The notes under the pieces: generated by a model
Told to the model about the DNA's origin: nothing
What the model saw: the letters and a program-made list of their open reading frames with translations, nothing else
Databases searched by the model: none
Translations under genes and position numbers: made by a program
Part shown: piece after piece, positions 29,687-39,797 of the stretch
Position numbering within the stretch: position 1 is the first letter of the stretch
Layout of the letters: each line of letters begins with the position of its first letter
NCBI GenBank assembly: GCA_041650835.1
Contig: JBAZKL010000004.1
Coordinates: forward strand, 294,900 to 358,899
Direction: 5' to 3'
Origin: Candidatus Omnitrophota bacterium
GTDB lineage: Bacteria; Omnitrophota; Gorgyraeia; Gygaellales; Profunditerraquicolaceae
Length of the DNA stretch: 64,000 nt

Positions 29687-32227
29687 CTAAACGTACTCCT
29701 GCATATCCAACCAATTCTGACCCGTTTTTATATCCACTTTTATCGGTATCGCCAATTCGAAAACATGTTCCATTTTATCTTTAATGATACCCACGCAGCC
29801 GGGCATCTGTTTTTTGGGGATATCAAATACCAATTCGTCATGTATCTGCATCATCATCGTAGCAGGCAATCTCTCCTTCGCGAATGCCGCCTGTATATTG
29901 ACCATCGCCAACTTGATCAAGTCGCTGGCTGAACCTTGTATCGGGGTATTGACCGCCTGGCGTTCAGCAAACTGGCGGATACCCTGATTCTTATTATTTA
30001 TCTCCGGGATATACCGCCTCCTGCCGGAAAGAGTAGTTACAAAACCATATTTTCGGGTAAAAGCGATCTGCTCTTGAATATACTCTTTGACCCGCGGATA
30101 CCGCAGGAAATAAGCATCGATAAAATTCTGCGCCTCCGTCTGAGAGATCGACAGGTCCCGGGCAAGGCCGAACGAACTCAAGCCGTAAATAATGCCGAAA
30201 TTGACCCGTTTAGCGGTATCCCGCATCGGTTCAGTAACTTCAGACTGGTCTTTATCATAGATCAAAGAAGCGGTAATACGGTGTATATCTTTATCCGCTT
30301 TGAAAGCCGATATAAGCTGTTCATCTTTCGAAAGGTGCGCTAAAATACGTAATTCAACCTGCGAGTAATCACACGATACCAGGCAGCTATCAGGCTGCAA
30401 AGCGATGATCGCCCGCCGGATATTCTTCCCTATATCAGTTTTGACCGGGATATTCTGAAGGTTAGGATTACTGGAACTTAACCTTCCGGTTTCCGTGCCG
30501 GTCTGATTAAATGACGTATGGATCCTGCCGGTACGCGCATCGACCATCTCCGGCAAAGCGTCAATATAGGTCGACTTCAATTTCGTTAATTGCCGGTATT
30601 CAAGCAGCAATGCCGGCAGGTGGTGCGTCGCGGCCAATGTCCGCAAGACCTCCTCGTCGGTGGAGGCGCCCGTCTTGGTCTTCTTGACCACCGGCAGCTT
30701 TAATTTCTCGAATAAAACCTCTCTGAGCTGTTTAGGCGAGTTAATGTTAAACTGGCTGCCGCTGGCGGCATAAATTTCTTCGATCAACCGGATAAGCCTT
30801 TTTTCTATATCAACCGAAAGCTCGCTCAAGACCCCCCGGTCCAGCTTAATTCCAGCCAGCTCCATCTGCGCCAAAACTCCGACGAGCGGCATTTCAATCC
30901 CGGAAAAAAGCTTATCGAGCGATTTATCCTTAAGCTCATGCTCTAACCGGGGCTTAAGCTCCCTGATCAAAGCGGACGCTTCCGCAGGATTTCCTTCGAT
31001 CGCCTGAAGCGGTTTACCCAGATAATCCCACGCCAGGTCGGAAAGACTATACCCTCCCCGGGAAGGATTCAGTAAATATCCGGCTATCATCGTGTCAAAA
31101 AACAGCCCTTCGAGAACAATACCGCGCTGCGCCAGGTATATCTTTATTTTCTTTAAATCATGGCTTATTTTCTTGATCTGCGGATTTTCGAGTATCTCTT
31201 TGAACTTGGCGCTTTCCTGCGGCAAAGAAAAGACTTTATCAAGAACGCAAAATACCGGCGCTGAATCAAGAGGCGCGTACATAATGAGCTCTGTCCCCTC
31301 TTTAACTATATCGCCGGCGGCGGTATCGGTTATAAGCGCGATCTCCTGTCCCGGCGAGGAAGTCTTACGCACCGGAAGCTCCTCTGCAAGCGCCTTGAAT
31401 TCTAATTTCTGAAAGAGGCGGAATAATTCGGAATAATCAGGGTTATTGAGCTTAAGCGTATCAAGCTCAAAATCAAGCTCGATGCCGCTATCAAGGACGG
31501 CTAATTCCTTATTTAACTTTATACGGTCATTATACTCTCGGACGGCTGTACGTATCTTCTGCGACTTGATCTCATCAGAGCGCTTGAGCACTTCATCCAA
31601 AGAGCCGAATTGTTTCACGAGGGATAACGCGGTCTTCTCTCCGATACCGGGAACTCCGGGGATATTATCGATAGCATCCCCCATCAACGCGACGACATCG
31701 CTTATCCGGGCAGCTTCCAGCCCGAAGCGGGCTATTACTTCAGCTTCGCCATAAACCACTCCCTTATCTTTATAGGGGCTGTAGACCCTGGTATTATCAT
31801 CGACTAACTGCAGGATATCTTTATCGGAACTTACAATGGTCGTCGATATCTTTTTTTCTTTCGCTTTTTTTGCCAGCGTCGCCAGGACATCATCGGCTTC
31901 AAAGCCTTCTTTTTCAAATAACGGGATACCGTAAGCGGCGACGATCTCTTTTATCAAAGGGATCTGGCTTGAGAGGTCATCAGGCATAGGCGCCCGGTTA
32001 CTCTTATATTCGGTAAATTTCTTTTGGCGGAAGGTGTTGCGGGAAACATCAAAACAAACCGCCAGATAATCGGGTTTTTTTTCTTTTAAGATCTTATGCA
32101 GCATGATGACAAACCCATACACAGCGTTCGTCGGCTGTCCATAAGATGTCGCAAGCCCTTTGAGCCCGTAAAAAGCCCTATAACAAAGCGCGGTAGCATC
32201 AATTAAATATAACTGCTGATCGGCCAT
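29687..32227 (-). CDS. polA: DNA polymerase I
   Basis: 846 aa. N-terminal 5'-3' exonuclease domain and C-terminal family-A polymerase motifs (DYSQVELR, RRRAKAVNFGIIYG-like, QIHDELV). Confidence 0.92.
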   Translation of the reverse strand: MADQQLYLIDATALCYRAFYGLKGLATSYGQPTNAVYGFVIMLHKILKEKKPDYLAVCFDVSRNTFRQKKFTEYKSNRAPMPDDLSSQIPLIKEIVAAYGIPLFEKEGFEADDVLATLAKKAKEKKISTTIVSSDKDILQLVDDNTRVYSPYKDKGVVYGEAEVIARFGLEAARISDVVALMGDAIDNIPGVPGIGEKTALSLVKQFGSLDEVLKRSDEIKSQKIRTAVREYNDRIKLNKELAVLDSGIELDFELDTLKLNNPDYSELFRLFQKLEFKALAEELPVRKTSSPGQEIALITDTAAGDIVKEGTELIMYAPLDSAPVFCVLDKVFSLPQESAKFKEILENPQIKKISHDLKKIKIYLAQRGIVLEGLFFDTMIAGYLLNPSRGGYSLSDLAWDYLGKPLQAIEGNPAEASALIRELKPRLEHELKDKSLDKLFSGIEMPLVGVLAQMELAGIKLDRGVLSELSVDIEKRLIRLIEEIYAASGSQFNINSPKQLREVLFEKLKLPVVKKTKTGASTDEEVLRTLAATHHLPALLLEYRQLTKLKSTYIDALPEMVDARTGRIHTSFNQTGTETGRLSSSNPNLQNIPVKTDIGKNIRRAIIALQPDSCLVSCDYSQVELRILAHLSKDEQLISAFKADKDIHRITASLIYDKDQSEVTEPMRDTAKRVNFGIIYGLSSFGLARDLSISQTEAQNFIDAYFLRYPRVKEYIQEQIAFTRKYGFVTTLSGRRRYIPEINNKNQGIRQFAERQAVNTPIQGSASDLIKLAMVNIQAAFAKERLPATMMMQIHDELVFDIPKKQMPGCVGIIKDKMEHVFELAIPIKVDIKTGQNWLDMQEYV

Positions 32228-32279
32228 TAACTAATCACTGGATTTCATTGTTATGGTAGGGACTGAAATTTGTGGTTTA

Positions 32280-33044
32280 CTATCTCGACAATGCTCTTCT
32301 TTGGATTTTGACAATAAATTCCTCAATCTCGGCATTATCAGGGTCCAGCTGTTGTGCACTGATTGCTTGCGCAAAGGCTGAAGGATAATCTTTCTTGACG
32401 TAACTGCGCTTTGCTTTAAAAAAGATGTCCTTGGCAAGTTCTCTGTCACTCTCACGAAGGAGGGATTTCCTCTGGGAAATCTCCCCCATAAAATCAATTA
32501 CTTCCTGTTCCCGGTATCCATGCCCCCCTAAGATGACATGTATGTCACGTAAACGTTGAATAGCCTTCTGAGTCCACGGATCATCCGACTGGCCTAACTT
32601 CGCTCTTTTCTCCCAACAATATTCCGCTTTTTTCAAGTCCCGCTTTCCCTCATACAAGAAAGCAAGGTTCGAATATCCGCTGATAAAATTCGGGTCGATC
32701 TGGACCGCTTTTAAATAATTCTCTTCCGCGCGGTCAACTTCACCTTTTGCCTCAAAAATAACGCCCACATCATTATACGCTACAGCGTAAAGCGGGTCTA
32801 TCTCCACCGCTTTTTGATAATACTTCAAGGCACTATCCAAATCTCCCGCTGTCTGCATTTGGAATCCCTGGCTGCGGTAAAGGCGAGCCTGCTCCGCGAG
32901 CGCCGGCATGGTCCGGGCAGAAGGATTACCGTCTACTTTCTCAGGCAGATTTTGCGCGCAGGCAAAAACAGCAATAACACCAGAAAGCAGAACAGTTAAC
33001 AATATTTTTTGTGGGATATTTTTATGACTTAAGGTAAGCATCAT
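32280..33044 (-). CDS. TPR-repeat lipoprotein
   Basis: The signal peptide has a lipobox-like VFAC. Several TPR units follow (AVEIDPLYAVAYNDVGVIF, AVQIDPNF...). Confidence 0.7.
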   Translation of the reverse strand: MMLTLSHKNIPQKILLTVLLSGVIAVFACAQNLPEKVDGNPSARTMPALAEQARLYRSQGFQMQTAGDLDSALKYYQKAVEIDPLYAVAYNDVGVIFEAKGEVDRAEENYLKAVQIDPNFISGYSNLAFLYEGKRDLKKAEYCWEKRAKLGQSDDPWTQKAIQRLRDIHVILGGHGYREQEVIDFMGEISQRKSLLRESDRELAKDIFFKAKRSYVKKDYPSAFAQAISAQQLDPDNAEIEEFIVKIQRRALSR

Positions 33045-33130
33045 AGATTCTTTTTATGTAATATACAAAAAATACGCATAAAAGTCAAGTAAAATTAAAT
33101 AATTATTCCCCGCCTTTAAAATGAAAGCCA

Positions 33131-34090
33131 TTAGCTGCCTAACTCTTTTATCAGATTTTCAACAACCGCGCGTGATTCAACAAGCGCCTCTTCCCAGAGC
33201 TTTTCCCCACGTGAGGCATTCCGGCGCGCACAAACCGCACCACAGGCAAAAACACTGCTGAGGCGGGTGCGCATCCCCTCATCCACCTCGATAAGGTCAT
33301 CGTTAATACTTATATCGGCATTCTTAAGAAAATCAATATTACTTTTTAATGCATCCATATAGACTACCGCTGAGGCGCCGATGATCTTACCTGCGCTGAG
33401 TTTGACCGCCTGCACGGCAGACTCGCCGATGATCTCGACAACGCCGCTTTGAATACGTTCCAGATGGCTCCAAGCCTGCGGATACGCCTTAGCCCCGGGA
33501 ACAACCGGCGGTTCAAGGCTTTGCGCCGCAGCAGCCAAAGCCGGTTCCGCGACAGGCGCTTCAGCAACAAGCTGAGCAGAGATCAATTTTACCTCATTTT
33601 TTTGTTTCTCCGATAATATCTGCGCGAAGCGCAGCGCCGCAGCGCTTGCGCCCACTATACAAACAGCGTCGCTGCCATACTGCTGGAAATCCTTGCCGTC
33701 GCTTAAAGAAGAAAGCCTGAAAACCCCGTTTTTCTTTATTCCCGGGATCTCGGGAAGAATAAAGCTTCTGCCGGAGCAAATAACCAAAAAATCATACTCG
33801 AGATTATCCCTGTTCTTAAAATGAACGGTTTTTTTATTCGTATTGACAGAGGAGACTTTACATTCTTTAAGAAAATCAATGTTCTTTTGCCGGTAAAAAT
33901 CACTCGCGCAAAGAAACAAGTCTTTTTCTTTTAAAGACCCGCCGGCAAACTCAAGGAGGCGCCTGCGGTCATACGCAGGATATTTCTCCTGAGTTACCAG
34001 AGTTACCGAACAATCCTGCCGCATTTCCCGCAGCCCTGTTGCCACCGCGTGGCCTGCGCACGAAGCCCCGATAATAACGATCCTGGCCAT
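33131..34090 (-). CDS. FAD/NAD(P)-dependent oxidoreductase (pyridine nucleotide-disulfide oxidoreductase family)
   Basis: 319 aa. The N-terminal Rossmann motif is IVIIGASCAGHAVA. A second dinucleotide-binding motif is VCIVGASAAAL. It sits immediately upstream of metF. Confidence 0.7.
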   Translation of the reverse strand: MARIVIIGASCAGHAVATGLREMRQDCSVTLVTQEKYPAYDRRRLLEFAGGSLKEKDLFLCASDFYRQKNIDFLKECKVSSVNTNKKTVHFKNRDNLEYDFLVICSGRSFILPEIPGIKKNGVFRLSSLSDGKDFQQYGSDAVCIVGASAAALRFAQILSEKQKNEVKLISAQLVAEAPVAEPALAAAAQSLEPPVVPGAKAYPQAWSHLERIQSGVVEIIGESAVQAVKLSAGKIIGASAVVYMDALKSNIDFLKNADISINDDLIEVDEGMRTRLSSVFACGAVCARRNASRGEKLWEEALVESRAVVENLIKELGS

Positions 34091-34104
34091 TATAATTCCC
34101 TCAC

Positions 34105-34974
34105 TTATAAACCTGCCGCGTCAAAAACTCCGGGCAGGAACCTGTTCCATCCGATAGGCATAATATGGACCCCCCGGCACAGCGGCTTCAATTCTTTGAC
34201 CAACCGCGCGGCGATCGCCGTTGCCTGCGCGGGTTTATTCGATGTATTTTCCATTTCTTTAATAAAACTCTCCGGGACGAACACTCCGGGGACATTTTTA
34301 TTCATATAGCGCGCCATATTGGCTGATTTCAATAAAACAACGCCCGCGATGATCGGAACATTGAGGTGCCGTATCTTTGACAAGAATCTTTCAAAGAGCG
34401 GGATATCAAATATCGCCTGCGTCTGAAAAAAATCCACGCCCGCCGCGATCTTTTTCTCCATTTTCAAGATCTGCGGCTCGATCGGGTCCGCGCCGGGGTT
34501 AACCACCGCCCCTACGCAGAATCTCGGGGCCGCTCCCTCCAGCGGGTTACCTTTCATGTCACGGCCTTCCTGCAAGGATTTAACCACCTGTAATAATTGC
34601 ACGGAATCCAGGTCGAAAACAGGCTTTGCTTCGGGATGGTCCCCCAATGACGGATGGTCGCCGGTCAAAATGAGGAGATTTTCGATCCCCAAAGCAGCGG
34701 CGGATAAAATATCGGATTGTAAAGCCAGGCGGTTACGGTCCCGGCAGGTTACCTGATAGACCGGCTCAAAGCCCCGCTGCTTCAAAAGGCTGCAGACTGC
34801 CAAAGACCCCAGGCGCATGACTGAACTCTGCAGGTCGGTAACATTGATCGCGTCAACGCGGGTACGGATAAGCTCGGCTTCCTCCAGGATCTGCCTGGTT
34901 TCAATCCCTTTCGGAGGGCCGATCTCAGAGGTCACGATGAACTTACCGGACTGGATCTTTTCTTTTAACAACAT
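34105..34974 (-). CDS. metF: 5,10-methylenetetrahydrofolate reductase
   Basis: MetF TIM-barrel motifs are present (KFIVTSEIGPPKG, NVTD, LTGDHP). Start is taken at the Met of MLLKEK. The ORF track's upstream extension to 35073 would overlap the TPR gene. Confidence 0.85.
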   Translation of the reverse strand: MLLKEKIQSGKFIVTSEIGPPKGIETRQILEEAELIRTRVDAINVTDLQSSVMRLGSLAVCSLLKQRGFEPVYQVTCRDRNRLALQSDILSAAALGIENLLILTGDHPSLGDHPEAKPVFDLDSVQLLQVVKSLQEGRDMKGNPLEGAAPRFCVGAVVNPGADPIEPQILKMEKKIAAGVDFFQTQAIFDIPLFERFLSKIRHLNVPIIAGVVLLKSANMARYMNKNVPGVFVPESFIKEMENTSNKPAQATAIAARLVKELKPLCRGVHIMPIGWNRFLPGVFDAAGL

Positions 34975-34993
34975 CTTCTCCCCTGTATGATTA

Positions 34994-35809
34994 TTATTTC
35001 GCGGCAATTTCCTGAATATGCCTTTCCAGGCTCCAGGCATCGTCTTGTCTGTCGATCTTACGATAAAAATCAACCATGTTCTTTAAGATAACCGTCGCAT
35101 TGGGATGGTCCTTCCCAAAAGCCTTTTCAATAATGGAAAGCGCGCGCTGGTACAACGGCTCCGCTTCAAAATAATTCTGCTGCGTCGTATAAAGGACAGC
35201 CAGATTATTCAAAGTCTGCGCGACTGCCGGGTCGTCAGGTCCCAGGGCCTTTTCCCAGATCCCCAGCGCCCGTTTATACAACGATTCCGCTATATCGAAT
35301 TTAGCCTGTGAATTATACAACAACGCCAGATTATTCAAGACCGTCCCGAGTTCAGGATGGTCGGGGCCCAGGGCCTTTTCCCAGATCGAGATCGTGCGCA
35401 GGTACAGCGTCTCCCCCTCAACCAAACGTTTGCGGCTGTCATAAAAACAGGCCAGATTATACATAGAAGCCGCCACATCAGGATGGTCGGGGCCTAAAAC
35501 TTTTTCCGCCATCCCGATAGTCCGCTGGTAATATTTCTCCGCTTCCGCGTCCCGCCCCAGCGATTCATAGATCCGGGCCAGAGAATTCAGGGACTGCACG
35601 ACATTGGGATTTTCAATACCGAAGGTCTCTTCGGCGACTTTCAGCGCAGTTTCCGCTAATGGCGCAGCATCCTGGAAACGGCCGGTCTGATAAAGCTCGG
35701 AAACCTGGTCATTGAGTTCGTTCCAACTCAGCTTGCTCGCACATGCCGGGACATAACACAACAAAATACCCGGGATAATGCACCAAAGCCATCGGGAAGG
35801 TCTGATCAT
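34994..35809 (-). CDS. TPR-repeat protein (TPR_12-like, secreted or lipoprotein)
   Basis: 271 aa. Signal peptide with VPAC. It has six to seven TPR units with the LNNLA..Y....A..LY..AL consensus. Confidence 0.75.
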   Translation of the reverse strand: MIRPSRWLWCIIPGILLCYVPACASKLSWNELNDQVSELYQTGRFQDAAPLAETALKVAEETFGIENPNVVQSLNSLARIYESLGRDAEAEKYYQRTIGMAEKVLGPDHPDVAASMYNLACFYDSRKRLVEGETLYLRTISIWEKALGPDHPELGTVLNNLALLYNSQAKFDIAESLYKRALGIWEKALGPDDPAVAQTLNNLAVLYTTQQNYFEAEPLYQRALSIIEKAFGKDHPNATVILKNMVDFYRKIDRQDDAWSLERHIQEIAAK

Positions 35810-35845
35810 GCATCCTCGCGTTCTTTTACGCCTCTGAGACGTAAA

Positions 35846-36175
35846 TTACCACTTTTTGAAAATGAAGAAAACCGCGGCGATCATCATAACAAAACCGGCC
35901 AGGTAATTCCACCGCAGCCCTTCTTTTAAATAAACGACAGAAAAAACAGAGAAAACCACCAGCGTAATGACTTCCTGTATTGTCTTTAATTGAGCGGCGG
36001 AAAATTGAGCATGCCCCAAACGGTTTGCCGGCACCTGAAAACAATATTCCACAAAAGCTATTCCCCAACTGGCAAAAATAGCTATCCACAACGGCGATTG
36101 CTTATACTTCAAGTGTCCATACCAGGCAATGGTCATAAATATATTCGAGATAACCAAAAGAATAATGGTCTTCAT
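35846..36175 (-). CDS. Small DMT-superfamily membrane protein (DUF486-like)
   Basis: 109 aa with four predicted TM helices. Its start overlaps the folD stop. Confidence 0.65.
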   Translation of the reverse strand: MKTIILLVISNIFMTIAWYGHLKYKQSPLWIAIFASWGIAFVEYCFQVPANRLGHAQFSAAQLKTIQEVITLVVFSVFSVVYLKEGLRWNYLAGFVMMIAAVFFIFKKW

Positions 36176-37062
36176 TTTAAAGGCGCGCGCAGGGTGAAGC
36201 CCTTTGCCGCTTCAACCAGATTACGCATCAACATAGTCACCGTCAGCGGCCCTACGCCTCCGGGGACAGGCGTGATCCAGGAAGCGCGCATTTCGGCCTG
36301 CTCGAAGGCGATATCGCCGACGGTTTTATCGCCTGACCTGTTGATGCCCACATCGATAACGACAGCTCCCTCTTTGATCCACTCGCCCGGGATCAACTCC
36401 GCCTTGCCTACCGCCACGATCAAAACCTCGGCCCGGGCGACATAATCCCGGAGCCTGCCTGCCTGGCTGGTCGCGATATGACAAACACTCACCGTAGCAA
36501 GCCGGTTCAACAACAAAAGGCACAAGGGTTTACCGACGATCTCACTATGCCCGACGATCACGACATCTTTACCGGCAAGCTCTACCTGCGATTCTTTGAT
36601 CAACTCCATAACGGCGGCAGCGGTGCAGGGAATGATCTTTTCCCGGCCGAAGAGGAGTTCGCCGATATGCGACGGATGGACCCCTTCGACATCTTTATCC
36701 ACCGCGATCAAAGCGCTGAGCTTCCTGGCATCCAGATGCGCAGGCACAGGCATCTGCACAATAATGCCGTTTACCGCTTCATCGGCATTGAGCCCCGCGA
36801 TAAGATCAAAAAGTTCTTTCTCGGAAATATTTTTATCTACCGTATGCAGGCGATATTCAATGCCGAGGGATTCAGCGGTTTTCTTTTGGATATTCGTATA
36901 CATACGCGCTGAATCATTCCTGCCGATCTCAATGCTGGCTAAAACAAGCGGAGCGCCCCTGACGGCTTTAAGTCCCGCGACCTCAAGGCGCAAGCCGGAT
37001 TTAATCTTTTCCGCTAAGGCTTTACCCTCTAATAATTTCGCCAACCAGGACCTCCGTTTCAA
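36172..37062 (-). CDS. folD: Bifunctional methylenetetrahydrofolate dehydrogenase/methenyltetrahydrofolate cyclohydrolase
   Basis: 296 aa. FolD motifs are present (GIIVQMPVP, VVIVGHSEIVGKP, PVPGGVGP). Confidence 0.9.
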   Translation of the reverse strand: MKRRSWLAKLLEGKALAEKIKSGLRLEVAGLKAVRGAPLVLASIEIGRNDSARMYTNIQKKTAESLGIEYRLHTVDKNISEKELFDLIAGLNADEAVNGIIVQMPVPAHLDARKLSALIAVDKDVEGVHPSHIGELLFGREKIIPCTAAAVMELIKESQVELAGKDVVIVGHSEIVGKPLCLLLLNRLATVSVCHIATSQAGRLRDYVARAEVLIVAVGKAELIPGEWIKEGAVVIDVGINRSGDKTVGDIAFEQAEMRASWITPVPGGVGPLTVTMLMRNLVEAAKGFTLRAPLK

Positions 37063-37642
37063 AGCGCAACTGCTTGACCTGCTTCATCGTTTCAGCCAAC
37101 TCTTTCTTTATATTAACAGCAAAAACCTCATCATTCAAACATTTTAAGTTTATTTCCACATTAAAACATGAGCTCATAAATGCCGCTTCCAATAACGCCG
37201 CCGCGACCGCGACATCGCTGATCAAATTAACATTACCTTTTTTAGCCAGGTCAGGGCATAATCTTAAAGCATCACAGCTTAACCTGCAGACCATAAAGGG
37301 GACATCCAAAGCTTTACGCAGGTCTTTACTGCGGTACGCCTTGATATCCAGGTCTACCAATCCCAGGAAATCGTTACGCAAACGTTCGGAAACCTTAAGG
37401 ATCTCCCGAAGCGCCTGTCCATATTGAGCGTAGTTGGGTTTTCCCTCGGTGAAACGCGCAACCATGCTGATAAGCGAAGCTCCCATCGCGGCGGAAAATG
37501 CCGCGGCTGAGCCTCCTCCCGGCGTGGGCGTGCGCGCCGCCATATCATCAAGATATTTCTTAAGCGATTTATTATAATACACGATCAGCTCCTTATTCCT
37601 CAGTGGAACCCCCGCAACCTTTAGGCCGCGGCTCCCCCCCAA
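37022..37642 (-). CDS. fchA: Cyclodeaminase/cyclohydrolase-family protein (methenyl-THF cyclohydrolase FchA / FTCD C-terminal-like)
   Basis: 206 aa, all-alpha. TPGGGSAAAFSAAMGASL is typical of the formiminotransferase-cyclodeaminase C-terminal family. It is co-operonic with folD and fhs. Confidence 0.7.
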   Translation of the reverse strand: MGGSRGLKVAGVPLRNKELIVYYNKSLKKYLDDMAARTPTPGGGSAAAFSAAMGASLISMVARFTEGKPNYAQYGQALREILKVSERLRNDFLGLVDLDIKAYRSKDLRKALDVPFMVCRLSCDALRLCPDLAKKGNVNLISDVAVAAALLEAAFMSSCFNVEINLKCLNDEVFAVNIKKELAETMKQVKQLRFETEVLVGEIIRG

Positions 37643-37704
37643 GCAGAAATCTCAAATAAAACATTCATCCCGCGGTTTAAAGCCCGGGGATTTCTGTCGA
37701 AGGA

Positions 37705-39399
37705 TCAAAACAATCCGGTAATATTACCTTTATCGTCAATATCTATATTTTCTCCAGCGGGATGCCGGGGCAATCCCGGCATCGTCTGAATAGAGCCGCA
37801 TAAAGGAGACAAAAAACCCGCGCCGATAAAAGCGCGGATATCCCGTATCGGCAGGATAAAATCTTTCGGCCTGCCCAGAAGCAAAGGGTCATGAGATAAA
37901 GACAGGTGCGTCTTAGACATGCACACGGGCAGCCCGGACCACCCCTGGCGGGTGAAGAGTTCTATCTTATTTACCGCCTGGGAAGAATACATAACGCCCT
38001 TTGCCCCATACATCGAGAGAGCGATCTTTTCGATCTTTTCTTTTAAGGAAAGTTCAAGCGGGTATAAAAAACGGAAATCATTCTTTTCCTGGGCCGCCCG
38101 GATGACCGCCCTTCCTAAATCAAGCCCTCCGGATCCCCCTTTAAGCCAGACCTCGCTGACGACACAATCGTAGGCGCCGAACTCAAGCGCTTTTTTCCTG
38201 ATGAGACCGATCTCCCGTTCGGTATCGGTATTGAACCGGTTGATCGCCACCACAACCGGCACGCCGAATGAGCGGACATTTTCAATCTGTTTTTCTAAAT
38301 TGGATATCCCTTCCTCTACCGCGCAAATATTTTCTTTTGTCAATTCTTTATCCAACGGCCGGCCGGCGACCACGGTAAACTTTCCGCTATGGGCTTTGAG
38401 CGCCCTGACCGAACAAACAATGACTGCCGCGGAAGGAGTAAAACCGCTGGCGCGGCATTTGATATCAAAGAATTTCTCGGCGCCGCAGTCAGCGCCGAAG
38501 CCGGATTCGGTAACCACGTAATCTGAACAAGACAAAGCGATCCTGTCCGCCAATATCGAGCTGTTGCCATGAGCGATATTGCCAAAAGGCCCGGCGTGAA
38601 CAAAGCAAGGGGTATGTTCTATCGTCTGGATCAAATTCGGCTTTATCGCTTCTTTTAAAAGCGCGGTCATGCTCCCGGCGACGCGGATATCGTCGCAGGT
38701 CAACGGCCTCTGTTCATCGGTATATGCCAGGACGATTTTACCTAAACGTTTACGCAAGTCATCCAGACCCGTAGCTAACGCAAGGATAGCCATAACTTCG
38801 GAAGAGGCGGTGATATCAAAACCCGATTCCTGTACCAAGGGCTCCTGTTCCAGGCCTAAGCCGGTCTTGATAAAACGCAAAGACCGGTCATTAATATCAA
38901 TAACCCTGCGCCAAACATTGGTCTGCGGGTCCACGCGGAAACGGTTGCCCTTAAATAAGGAATTATCAAGGAACGCGGCCGCTAAATTATGGGCCAGCGA
39001 TACCGCATGCGTATCACCGCTAAAATGGAGGTTAAATTCTTCCATCGGTAAAACCTGGGAATACCCTCCCCCCGCAGCGCCTCCCTTAATGCCGAATACG
39101 GGCCCCAGCGAAGGTTGCCTGATGCAAGCCGAGGCCTTTTTCCCCAGCCTGTTGAGCGCCATAGACAAACCGATGGTCGTAACCGTCTTTCCTTCCCCCA
39201 GAGGCGTAGGAGTTATCGCTGAAACAACGATATACTTCCCCCTGCGGCGGTTGGAAAGCGCGGATAAAATATTTAAATCTATTTTTGCGATATATTTACC
39301 ATGGGGGATAAGGAATTTACGATCAATCCTTATTTTTCGGGCAATATGCTCGATGGGAAGAATTCTTGCTTTTTGAACGATCTCTATATCAGATAGCAT
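37705..39399 (-). CDS. fhs: Formate--tetrahydrofolate ligase
   Basis: 564 aa. PTPLGEGKTVTTIGL P-loop. The overall FTHFS sequence is highly conserved. Confidence 0.93.
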   Translation of the reverse strand: MLSDIEIVQKARILPIEHIARKIRIDRKFLIPHGKYIAKIDLNILSALSNRRRGKYIVVSAITPTPLGEGKTVTTIGLSMALNRLGKKASACIRQPSLGPVFGIKGGAAGGGYSQVLPMEEFNLHFSGDTHAVSLAHNLAAAFLDNSLFKGNRFRVDPQTNVWRRVIDINDRSLRFIKTGLGLEQEPLVQESGFDITASSEVMAILALATGLDDLRKRLGKIVLAYTDEQRPLTCDDIRVAGSMTALLKEAIKPNLIQTIEHTPCFVHAGPFGNIAHGNSSILADRIALSCSDYVVTESGFGADCGAEKFFDIKCRASGFTPSAAVIVCSVRALKAHSGKFTVVAGRPLDKELTKENICAVEEGISNLEKQIENVRSFGVPVVVAINRFNTDTEREIGLIRKKALEFGAYDCVVSEVWLKGGSGGLDLGRAVIRAAQEKNDFRFLYPLELSLKEKIEKIALSMYGAKGVMYSSQAVNKIELFTRQGWSGLPVCMSKTHLSLSHDPLLLGRPKDFILPIRDIRAFIGAGFLSPLCGSIQTMPGLPRHPAGENIDIDDKGNITGLF

Positions 39400-39410
39400 G
39401 CTTTAAGGGT

Positions 39411-39797
39411 TCAATACGAAAACCGCTCGTCCAATTCAAAAGCGTTTTTTATTACCCTGATGTCCTGTATTTCTTTCCCCTGTTCAACCAGGAGCGATAC
39501 GACATCAAAACGCGCCTTTTTATGTAAGAGGCATTTTTCCTTAAGGTAGCAGACTGCCACCCGGGAAATCTTACGTTTTTTTAACTCAGAAACCGCCTCC
39601 TGCGGAGAACCGAATTTCTTTGAATGGCGGGTCTTTACTTCAACAAAACAAATTACGCCGCCATCACTGGCAACAATATCGATTTCGCCGGCCTTAATCC
39701 GGTAATTCTTCTGCAGTATCTTATAACCGTTACGGGTAAGGAAAAGCGCCGCTTCCTCTTCTCCTGCCCTTCCAAGATATATTCGAGCGTCAGACAC
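39411..39797 (-). CDS. yraN: YraN-family (UPF0102) endonuclease-like protein
   Basis: EEEAALFLTRNGYKIL...GEIDIVA...CFVEVKTR is the YraN signature. A probable GTG start at 39797 overlaps the rnhB stop. The ORF track's longer extension to 39914 is unlikely. Confidence 0.75.
   Translation of the reverse strand: MSDARIYLGRAGEEEAALFLTRNGYKILQKNYRIKAGEIDIVASDGGVICFVEVKTRHSKKFGSPQEAVSELKKRKISRVAVCYLKEKCLLHKKARFDVVSLLVEQGKEIQDIRVIKNAFELDERFSY

Noticed and set aside
36478-37147. Plus-strand ORFs of 144 and 183 aa
   Set aside because: They are antisense to the highly conserved folD and fchA genes. Their composition reflects the opposite-strand codon bias.
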